Below are positions 34,038 to 42,124 of a stretch of DNA of 58,313 nt, one piece after another. The notes below the pieces were generated by a model. The model saw only the letters and a program-made list of their open reading frames with translations, had not been told where the DNA came from and did not search any database. How positions within the stretch are numbered: position 1 is the first letter of the stretch; each line of letters starts with the position of its first letter. The stretch comes from Candidatus Binatia bacterium (GTDB lineage Bacteria; Desulfobacterota; Binatia; UBA9968): NCBI GenBank assembly GCA_041484845.1, contig JBGPIK010000002.1, positions 1-58,313 on the forward strand, in the 5' to 3' direction. Position numbers and translations under genes: made by a program.

Positions 34038-36371
34038 ATGGAAACAACTGAAATCGGCCAATCCGTTCGCCGGTTAGATTACGAAACTAAAGTTACGGGC
34101 AGGGCGCTCTACCTCGCGGACATGCAAGTGCCGGGCATGTGCCATGGGAAAATTCTGCGCAGCCCGCTGCCGCACGCGCGCATCAAGAAGATCGAAACCT
34201 CGAAGGCGCTGAAGATCCCCGGTGTTCTCGCCGTTATCACGCGTGACGACATACTGCACGATGAAGGCATCGAGCCTTACTATGGCCCGGTGTTCAAGGA
34301 TCAGACGCTGGTCGCGGTCGACAAGGTTCGTCACGTCGGCGATCCCGTGGCGGCGGTTGCGGCGCTGAGCGTTGATGCGGCGGAAGCGGCGATAGAGCTG
34401 ATCGATGTCGAATACGAAGAGCTACCGGCGGTGCTCAATGTCCATGACGCTTTAACGCCGGGCGCGACTTTAGTTCACGAGTCTGTTCGTATACCCGAAT
34501 CCGGTTTTGCCGATCTCGCCGAGATCAAGCCCGTCGAAGGCACCAATATTTGCACGCACTTCAAGCTTAACCGCGGCGACATCCAGAAGGGTTTCGCGGA
34601 GTCGGATCAGATCTTCGAAGATACCTTTACGCTTCCGGCTACGCAGCATAGTTTTCTCGAGACTCACGCCTGTATCGCATCGGTGGAGCCCGGCGGCCGC
34701 ATTACGGTCTGGGCGACGACACAAAACCCCTTTGTGGTGCGAACCCAGCTGTCGAATATTTTCAAAGTTCCAGTCTCGAAAGTTCGGGTCGTGGTTCCTT
34801 ATTTGGGCGGCGGCTATGGCGGCAAGGTCTATCCAAAGATCGAGCCGATCACGGTGGCCCTGGCGCTGAAGGCGCAGCGGCCGGTGCGCGTCGTGCTGTC
34901 ACGTGAAGAAGTTTTCTACACCATTACCAAACATGCCGCCGTGATCCGCATGAAGACCGGCGTGAAGAACGACGGCACCCTCGTAGCGCGCGAATGCGAA
35001 ATCCATCTCGACACCGGCGCCTATGCCGAAATCGGACCGCGGGTAGCGAAGAAATCAGGCTATACGGCGGCGGGGCCGTACCGCATTCCCAATCTAAAAA
35101 TCGATTCCTATTCTGTATACACGAACAAGCCGCCGGCCGGCGCCTTTCGCGGCTTCGGCGTTTCCCAGTCGGCCTGGGCCGTCGAGTCGCAGATGGATAT
35201 CATTGCCGCGGCGCTAAAGATGGATCCGTTGGAGTTGCGGCAGAAGAATGGCTACGACGAGGGAGACAAATTTGTTACCGAAGAGACGCTGCGCGGCGTT
35301 GGCCTGAAGCCGTGTCTGGACGAAGTGGCAAAGTCCATCGGTTGGGGAAAGAAAGAGATAGAGTTCAAGGGTTCAAAGGTTCAAGGTTCAATTCAGAATA
35401 GCGTCAAGCGGGGCAAGGGAATCGCCTGCATGATCAAAGCGACGATTACGCCGTCGATTTCCTGCGCCGTGGTCAAGCTCAACGAAGACAGCAGCGTATC
35501 TATCTATGCGGGCACCGTGGAAATGGGGCAGGGATCTGAGACCACGCTGGCTCAGATTGCCGGCAAGGAATTGGGAATTCCGCTGAAAAAAATCCAGGTG
35601 CTGGGAGTGGACACCGACGTCGTGCCGTATGATCTTACGACTTCGTCCAGCCGCTCGACCTTCCATATGGGGAAAGCCGTGCAACTGGCGGCGCAGGATA
35701 TCCTGCGCCAATTGAAACAAACCGTCGCCCAAGAGTATGGAGTCCGAGGGGACAATATCAGTTTCGTGGAGGGAAAAATCCGCCTGCCTGAAACGGTTCT
35801 CGACTATGCCGACGTGATGTTTAAACGTTTCGGCATGCGCGGCGGCACGCTGGTGGGTGACGGGCAGGTAAAGACCGCGGTCAAAGACGAGTACGGCGAG
35901 AAAAGCACATCGGCTTTCTGGTTTTACGCGGCGGGTGCCGCGGAAGTGGAAGTCGATACCGAAACCGGAAAGATCAAGTTGCTCAAGTACGCCAGCGCCG
36001 TGGACGTCGGCAAGGCGCTCAACCCCCTCGGTTGCCGCCAACAGCTCACCGGCGCCGCGATCACCGGCATCGGCCAGGCGATGTTTGAGGAAATCGCCTA
36101 CGATAATGGCCAGATTATTAACCCCAATTTGGTCGATTACGTCTTGCCTTCCCTAGGCGACATGCCTAACGTGATTGATCCGATCGCGATTGAAATTCCT
36201 CATAAGAACGGCCCGTTCGGTGCGAAGGGCATCGGTGAAAGCGCGCTCATTCCGGTCGCCCCGGCGATCGCCAATGCCATTTACGATGCGGTCGGCGTGC
36301 GCATCAAAGATCTGCCGATTAAAGCAGAAAAGATTTATCTTGCTCTGGAAGAACTGAGAGTAAAATCATAG
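34038..36371 (+). CDS. Molybdopterin-binding large subunit of a xanthine-dehydrogenase/aldehyde-oxidase-family hydroxylase
   Basis: 777 aa with GGGYGGK, PPAGAFRGFG and GAKGIGES (catalytic Glu context). These are XDH-family motifs, not the CO-dehydrogenase active-site loop. Confidence 0.9.
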   Translation: METTEIGQSVRRLDYETKVTGRALYLADMQVPGMCHGKILRSPLPHARIKKIETSKALKIPGVLAVITRDDILHDEGIEPYYGPVFKDQTLVAVDKVRHVGDPVAAVAALSVDAAEAAIELIDVEYEELPAVLNVHDALTPGATLVHESVRIPESGFADLAEIKPVEGTNICTHFKLNRGDIQKGFAESDQIFEDTFTLPATQHSFLETHACIASVEPGGRITVWATTQNPFVVRTQLSNIFKVPVSKVRVVVPYLGGGYGGKVYPKIEPITVALALKAQRPVRVVLSREEVFYTITKHAAVIRMKTGVKNDGTLVARECEIHLDTGAYAEIGPRVAKKSGYTAAGPYRIPNLKIDSYSVYTNKPPAGAFRGFGVSQSAWAVESQMDIIAAALKMDPLELRQKNGYDEGDKFVTEETLRGVGLKPCLDEVAKSIGWGKKEIEFKGSKVQGSIQNSVKRGKGIACMIKATITPSISCAVVKLNEDSSVSIYAGTVEMGQGSETTLAQIAGKELGIPLKKIQVLGVDTDVVPYDLTTSSSRSTFHMGKAVQLAAQDILRQLKQTVAQEYGVRGDNISFVEGKIRLPETVLDYADVMFKRFGMRGGTLVGDGQVKTAVKDEYGEKSTSAFWFYAAGAAEVEVDTETGKIKLLKYASAVDVGKALNPLGCRQQLTGAAITGIGQAMFEEIAYDNGQIINPNLVDYVLPSLGDMPNVIDPIAIEIPHKNGPFGAKGIGESALIPVAPAIANAIYDAVGVRIKDLPIKAEKIYLALEELRVKS

Positions 36372-36383
36372 AAAGTTCCGACG

Positions 36384-36824
36384 ATGCAGCGCCGATTCTT
36401 TGACTTTCTCAGTGTCGTCGGAGTTTTCTTGACGGTTACATTGACCTTGCCGGGCTGTAACTCCGAATTACTCGAAAAGCAGGCCGAACAGATAAAACAA
36501 CAGCAAGCGGAAATCGCAGCCCAGCGCCAGGAACTCGATGCGCTCAAGCTGCCGGAGCAAAAACAAAGGGACTGTAATCGCGCATTCCGCGATTATTTTG
36601 AAAAGGCCCAAGTCTTAACCGATCGGGACAAGGCAATTGCGCTTTATCGCGAAGGATTGGCCCTTTGTCCCGATGATGATGTCGCTCATTATGAACTAGG
36701 CAAAACACTCGCCGCTAACGGCCGCAACACGGAAGCGCAGGCGGAGTTCGAGGCCGCCTTAAAAATCAATCCGGGTTTCATTGAAGCACAAAACCAACTC
36801 GAGGCGCTCGGGAAAAACCGTTAG
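36384..36824 (+). CDS. Coiled-coil/TPR lipoprotein
   Basis: 146 aa with a signal peptide ending LTLPGC (lipobox-like), a Q/E-rich coiled segment, then TPR-like helices (ALYREGLALCPDD..., AEFEAALKINPGF). Confidence 0.65.
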   Translation: MQRRFFDFLSVVGVFLTVTLTLPGCNSELLEKQAEQIKQQQAEIAAQRQELDALKLPEQKQRDCNRAFRDYFEKAQVLTDRDKAIALYREGLALCPDDDVAHYELGKTLAANGRNTEAQAEFEAALKINPGFIEAQNQLEALGKNR

Positions 36825-36964
36825 GACACGTTATGGTTGGTGGAGTAGATGCGGGCTTGACTTACAACTTATCCTCGCAAGGACCGCCGATACTTTCGTT
36901 AATGGGCAGATCGCAACGTCAATTCATGAGTTAGCGCTGTTGCATCACCTCACGAATGCTCCAC

Positions 36965-38671
36965 TTATGGCACCAACCCAGCCGACTTGAGCATCTTGTA
37001 CGTCGTGTAGCCTCCGGACAGGTTCCGTGTGTGATAACCATGCTGTGCCAGGAATCGTGTGGCGTAGTACGATCGCTGTCCCACGCCGCAACAGGTCCAA
37101 ATGTCGCGATCCTTCGGAAGTTCGACATAACGATGGCGCATCTGCGAAAGCGGCAGATTAACCGCGTTCGGGATATGGCCGCGGTCGAATTCCTGGGGTT
37201 CGCGCACGTCAAGCAACAAGGCCACGGTGTGGTCAAGTTCCTGCCAATCGGCCAGGGGCATGTCTTCATTTAGAACGTTGCGGGCGAGCATGCCGGCAAG
37301 GTTTACGGGATCTTTCGCTGCGCCAAACTGCGGCGCATAGCAAAGCTCCGCCTCAGCGAGATCGTACACAGTGCCATTAAACTGAATCGCAGTTGCGATG
37401 ACGTCGATGCGCTTCTCCACGCCTTCGAGCCCGATCGCTTGCCCTCCAAGAATACGGCCATCCGGCACTGAAAACAGTAATTTCAAGTGAATCGGACTGG
37501 CGCCCGGATAATAACCGGCGTGATGCCCCGGATAAAGGTACACCTTCTGAAAATTCGTTACGCCAGCGCGCCGCAGTCCCTTCTCGCTTGCGCCCGTTGA
37601 TGCGACCGTCAACCCTAAAACACCAACCACGGCAGTCGCTTGTACGCCGCGGAATTTTGTCGTACGCCCCGCGATAGACTCGGCGGCAACTCGGCCTTCG
37701 CGATTAGCCGGTCCAGCGAGCGGCAGCACTGTCTCTTGACCCATGAGCACGTCGTGCACCTCTACGACATCGCCCACCGCCCAGATGTTCGGATCAGAAG
37801 TACGCATTTGGGCATCAACGACAATGCCTCCACGCGGGCCGATTTGCAGTGCGGCGTCCCTGGCCAGCGAGTTCTCGGGCCGCACGCCAATTGCTAGAAT
37901 CACAAGATCCGCAGGCAGCCGGGTGCCGCTCTCCGCTACGACAACCAGGCCACCGTCAGCGCGTTTTTCTATGCGCGCAAGCCCGTCAGCTAAATGGAGG
38001 CGCACACCCTTTACGGCAAGGTGTTCCATCAGCGGCACCGCCATCTCAGGATCCAGGGGAGGCATTAGCTGAGGCAGCTTCTCCAAAATAGCTACGGAGA
38101 GGTCGCGATGAACCAAGTTCTCGACCATCTCCAACCCAATGAATCCGCCACCGACAACGACCGCTGTCTTCGCGCAATGATCAGCGATCCATGAGCGGAT
38201 TCGACGCGAGTCCGGGATGGTTCGGACGGCGAAGACACCGGGCAGGTCCACGCCGGGCAGCGCCGGTCGGATCGGTGCGGCTCCCGGTGACAATACGAGA
38301 ACGTCGTAGCGCTCGGTGCGGCTGTTGCCCGTGCGCACGTCGCGGACCGTGATTAAGCGTGCGCTGCGGTCGATGCTCATGACCTCACTCTCGGTCTGTA
38401 CCTCGATATTAAACCGCTCGCGAAACATTTCTCTCGAGGCCAACAGCAGACTGAGCTCGTCGGAAATAATGTTGCCGACGTAGTAAGGTAGGCCGCAGTT
38501 TGCGAACGACACGTAGGGGCCGCGATCGAACATAACGATATCAACCGACTCGTCAAGTCGCCTCAGTCGCGCCGCGCAAGAGGCGCCTCCTGCCACCCCT
38601 CCGACAATGAGCACGCGGCGGGAACCGCGGGTGTCCGAAGAAACGTATTGCGTAGGGGCTTGATGGCTCAT
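36965..38671 (-). CDS. CoA-disulfide-reductase-family flavoprotein fused to a C-terminal rhodanese domain
   Basis: 568 aa with FAD motif IVGGVAGGASCA, redox Cys context SFANCGLPYY, a second dinucleotide fold VVVGGGFIGLE, and a C-terminal rhodanese with active-site CCGVGQRS. Confidence 0.85.
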   Translation of the reverse strand: MSHQAPTQYVSSDTRGSRRVLIVGGVAGGASCAARLRRLDESVDIVMFDRGPYVSFANCGLPYYVGNIISDELSLLLASREMFRERFNIEVQTESEVMSIDRSARLITVRDVRTGNSRTERYDVLVLSPGAAPIRPALPGVDLPGVFAVRTIPDSRRIRSWIADHCAKTAVVVGGGFIGLEMVENLVHRDLSVAILEKLPQLMPPLDPEMAVPLMEHLAVKGVRLHLADGLARIEKRADGGLVVVAESGTRLPADLVILAIGVRPENSLARDAALQIGPRGGIVVDAQMRTSDPNIWAVGDVVEVHDVLMGQETVLPLAGPANREGRVAAESIAGRTTKFRGVQATAVVGVLGLTVASTGASEKGLRRAGVTNFQKVYLYPGHHAGYYPGASPIHLKLLFSVPDGRILGGQAIGLEGVEKRIDVIATAIQFNGTVYDLAEAELCYAPQFGAAKDPVNLAGMLARNVLNEDMPLADWQELDHTVALLLDVREPQEFDRGHIPNAVNLPLSQMRHRYVELPKDRDIWTCCGVGQRSYYATRFLAQHGYHTRNLSGGYTTYKMLKSAGLVP

Positions 38672-38892
38672 ATGAACTCCGATTTCAGAATTGTGAGTAT
38701 CGTAGCGCGCCTTCCATAGCCGCCCTTCTTTTTGACTTCAGCGTCACTAGCCTGCGCGTGAACGACTCCGATTGATCCAAATTTAATTTCCGTAGAATTT
38801 CCTACCTTCGTGCCCTATTGGCTCGGCGTTCCTTCACGCTTTTTGTCTTGGGCTCTCTTGCGTCGAGACTCGACGTCACATGGATTCGCCAT

Positions 38893-38982
38893 TCAAGTAC
38901 GCACGCCAAGCCGCGGCAATACCCAACGCATCAGCACGATGTACACTGCGAAAAACGCAACGAACCAGATCCAGTCAAACAT
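38893..38982 (-). CDS. Hypothetical 29-aa membrane peptide (MFDWIWFVAFFAVYIVLMRWVLPRLGVRT) ending at TGA; a Sec read-through to 38815 is conceivable
   Basis: ATG 38982 follows GGAGG by 9 nt. The longer 92-aa track ORF has no SD and a non-protein-like N-terminal part. The stop is TGA, followed in frame by MANPCDVESRRKRAQDKKREGTPSQ. Confidence 0.3.
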   Translation of the reverse strand: MFDWIWFVAFFAVYIVLMRWVLPRLGVRT

Positions 38983-39350
38983 AATTTTAATCCTCCGTCT
39001 GACACGTGAGCAACGGACATGCCACCCATAGGCGGCTTGATTTACGTGATCGTTCCGCTTTGGTTCTTCCAGTATTGCGAAAAGGAACGACTTTGTTTGA
39101 GTTTCGATGAGAAAATCAAGACTTTTAGCCTGCAGCTCAAGCGGTAGCGGTTCAGTTGGCTGTAACATCAACTGTTTCTATACTTCGATCCAGTCATCAG
39201 CGCTTATTCCGTATGATTGAGCTTCGAAGTTTAGAAGTCAGCCCACGGGTAGTTTCCGTTCCGACCTTCTACCAAATTGTACGGGGCACTCCTGTTTTGC
39301 TTTGCGTTTGAAGACGTTATAACTTGGCGCTGTTTTAACGGAGGAACGAC

Positions 39351-40772
39351 ATGATGGAGCGAGAAAAAATTTTGCAACCGAAGCGTAGCCTTGCGTTGGC
39401 AGTGATGCTTATCACTTTTTTGCCGGCCCTGGGTTACTGCGCCGACAGCCAAAGCCCGCCGCCGCAGGCGGCAACGCAACTCGCTCAACCCAAGGATCCA
39501 AACGTTTTGACTTTGGACGAAGCGCTGCTGACGGCTCTGGCGAATCATCCCAGCCTTAGCGCAGCGCGGGAAAGAGTCGCGGCGCAACGGGCGGTGTTGG
39601 GTCAGCAGGTGGCCGCCTACTATCCGACGATCAGCGAGACCAGTCAATATCGGACGACGACCGAGAGCGGGACAACCGGGATTTCGTCAACCGGGGGGTT
39701 TGATTTTTTCAACAACCAGTTAACTTTTAATATGATCCTTTACAACTTCGGCAAACGGGAAGGGGCGGTCCAGGCGGCACGGGAGACGCTGAGCGCCACC
39801 GACCATAACTACAAGACGGCAGTGGATGCCGTCGTTCTTGGAGTCAAACAGAGTTACTACGTCTACCTTGGGGCCAGAGCCATCGTCAATGTGAGGGAAG
39901 ACACCGTGAAGAGTCGAGATTTGCTCGTGAAGCAAACCCAGGCGTTTTATAATGTCGGCACCAGAGCGCGGATCGATGTTGTCAGGGCCGAAGCGAACCT
40001 GTACACGGCTCAGGCGGATCTGATTGCCGCGACAAACGCAGTCCAGGTTGCGTGGGTGACTCTCAAGAATGCAATGGGCGTCAGGGAATTACCGGAACGG
40101 CCGTTAGTCGAAGAGGCGATCATGACCACTATTCCTTATACCTTGGAGGAGGCGAGAGAAATCGCTTATGCGACGCGCCCGGAGCTCAAGAGCTTCGAAG
40201 CGCAGCGCCGGGCGCAAGATCAAAATATCGCGACAGCGCGCCGCGGCCACCTGCCGGATCTGATTTTGGACGCCAACTGGCGGCGCAGCAATGTCAGTAA
40301 CGGGACGATCAAAGGATCCTGCTTGGCGAAGGTTGGTGATGAATGTGTAAAAAATGCCAATCTCCACGTAGATACCTTTCCTTTACAGCCCAGCTGGCAG
40401 GTGCAGTTGAGCCTAGTTATCCCGATCTTCGACGGCTTTCGAACCACCAACAGAGTCGAGGAAACCTTGCATACCTATTACGTCATCAAGGCTCAAGAAG
40501 AGCAGCAACGGCAGCAAGTAGCTTTGGATGTGGAGCAGGCTTATCTTACGCTGGTACAATTGCAGCAGCGAATCAAAGCCAATGAGGCGGCCGCCGCCGC
40601 GGCCAAGGAAAACTTGGATCTGGCCAATGGGCGATACCAGGTCGGAGTGGGGTCGATCATCGAAGTTACCGACGCCCAGCAACTTTACACCGACGCGCAA
40701 ACCACGTATGTTAGAGCGCTTTATGATTACAAGATCGCCGACGCCCAACTAACCCGGGCTATAGGGAAATAG
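39351..40772 (+). CDS. TolC-family outer-membrane efflux channel
   Basis: 473 aa with SD GGAGGA and a signal peptide. It has the two-repeat architecture with the LTLDEALLTALANHPSL start and the C-terminal YDYKIADAQLTRAIG pattern. Confidence 0.85.
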   Translation: MMEREKILQPKRSLALAVMLITFLPALGYCADSQSPPPQAATQLAQPKDPNVLTLDEALLTALANHPSLSAARERVAAQRAVLGQQVAAYYPTISETSQYRTTTESGTTGISSTGGFDFFNNQLTFNMILYNFGKREGAVQAARETLSATDHNYKTAVDAVVLGVKQSYYVYLGARAIVNVREDTVKSRDLLVKQTQAFYNVGTRARIDVVRAEANLYTAQADLIAATNAVQVAWVTLKNAMGVRELPERPLVEEAIMTTIPYTLEEAREIAYATRPELKSFEAQRRAQDQNIATARRGHLPDLILDANWRRSNVSNGTIKGSCLAKVGDECVKNANLHVDTFPLQPSWQVQLSLVIPIFDGFRTTNRVEETLHTYYVIKAQEEQQRQQVALDVEQAYLTLVQLQQRIKANEAAAAAAKENLDLANGRYQVGVGSIIEVTDAQQLYTDAQTTYVRALYDYKIADAQLTRAIGK

Positions 40773-40837
40773 CCGGCGTAATGCTACACTGATTGAAATA
40801 TCGTGGTTAGAACCACCGGGGCTAGGAGAATCATGAA

Positions 40838-42112
40838 ATGAGGCGTTCTGTTTGGATTGTGGCGCTGCTCGCAGTTTTGGCTGCCTTTGCAGTTTTCCAA
40901 CAATACTCTTCTTGGTCGCTCAACAAATCTCAAGTGCAATCCGGCGGTCCTTCCGATAATGCCGCAGAAGTCACATCCGGCGATCGAGCCCAAGGTGGAG
41001 CAAGCGGACGGGGCGGGCAAAGCCGCGCTGGCCGCTCTCGCGAGGCCGTGCCTGTATTAGCCGCTACGGCGCAGCAGAAAGTCGTTCCGGTACAAATTCG
41101 CGCGGTCGGAAATGTCGAGGCCTACTCGACGGTTTCGATCAAGAGCCAGGTCACTGGAGTCCTCACCCAGGCTCACTTTAAAGAGGGGCAGGACGTCAAG
41201 AAAGGGCAACTGCTTTTTACGATTGACCCCCGTCCTTTAGAAGCGGCTTTAAAGCAGGCGGAAGCAACCTTGGCGCGCGACTTCGCCCAGGTGCAAAATG
41301 CGCGCGAGCAAGCGCGGCGCTACGCGGAGCTGGTCAACAAGCAATATGTGTCGCGGGAACAATATGATCAAATTAAGGCCAACGCCGATGCAGCAGAAGC
41401 GGTCGTTGTGGCCGATCAAGCCGTGGTTGAAAATGCCAAGGTTCAACTGAGTTATTGCTATATCTATTCGCCCATGTCAGGCCGGGTGGGCAGCTTGTTG
41501 GTCAATGAGGGCAATCTGGTGCGCGTCAATGACGGTGCCCCGTTGGTGGTCATCAACCAGCTCACACCCATTTATGTGACCTTTTCAGTCCCCGAGCAAA
41601 ACCTAGAAGCCATCAAGCGGCATATGGCCGTGGGCAAGTTGCAGGTGGGTGCCAGCTTTCCTGCGGACGACGGCCGCCCTGAGCAAGGCGTGCTCTCTTT
41701 TGTCGATAATGCCGTCGATCGTTCCACGGGAACGGTCAAACTGAAAGCCGAGTTTACTAATGCGACGCGGCGGCTCTGGCCTGGGCAGTTTGTCAACGCT
41801 GCGTTGACTCTGACCTCGCAACCGGATGCCGTGGTGATTCCATCGGAAGCCATTCAAGTGGGTCCGGAAGGACAGCACGTATTCGTCATTAAACCCGATA
41901 AACAGGTTGAAATACGGCCGGTCGTGGTTGGGCCGACTAACGAAGGCGAGGCCGTCATTGTCAAAGGCCTCGCGCCAGGCGAACAGATTGTTCGAGAAGG
42001 ACAATTCCTGCTCGGTCCGGGTTCGAGGGTTGAAATCAAGGATCAAACAAGGACACTTGAATCAAAGGACGAGAAGAGGGAGAGGGGCGGAAAAGGTAAG
42101 GACAAATCGTAA
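40838..42112 (+). CDS. RND efflux periplasmic adaptor (MFP), copy 1
   Basis: 424 aa with an N-terminal anchor, lipoyl/hairpin pattern (VSIKSQVTGVL...VKKGQLLFTIDPRP...LEAALKQAEA...SPMSGRVG) and beta-barrel/MP domains. Confidence 0.85.
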   Translation: MRRSVWIVALLAVLAAFAVFQQYSSWSLNKSQVQSGGPSDNAAEVTSGDRAQGGASGRGGQSRAGRSREAVPVLAATAQQKVVPVQIRAVGNVEAYSTVSIKSQVTGVLTQAHFKEGQDVKKGQLLFTIDPRPLEAALKQAEATLARDFAQVQNAREQARRYAELVNKQYVSREQYDQIKANADAAEAVVVADQAVVENAKVQLSYCYIYSPMSGRVGSLLVNEGNLVRVNDGAPLVVINQLTPIYVTFSVPEQNLEAIKRHMAVGKLQVGASFPADDGRPEQGVLSFVDNAVDRSTGTVKLKAEFTNATRRLWPGQFVNAALTLTSQPDAVVIPSEAIQVGPEGQHVFVIKPDKQVEIRPVVVGPTNEGEAVIVKGLAPGEQIVREGQFLLGPGSRVEIKDQTRTLESKDEKRERGGKGKDKS

Positions 42113-42124
42113 CAGGGGAGAGTC

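Noticed and set aside
38983-39171. N-terminal 63 codons of the 92-aa track ORF 38893-39171
   Set aside because: The TTG/ATG start at 39171 has no SD and the sequence is not protein-like. The internal ATG 38982 has a strong SD, so I kept only the short peptide, and at low confidence.
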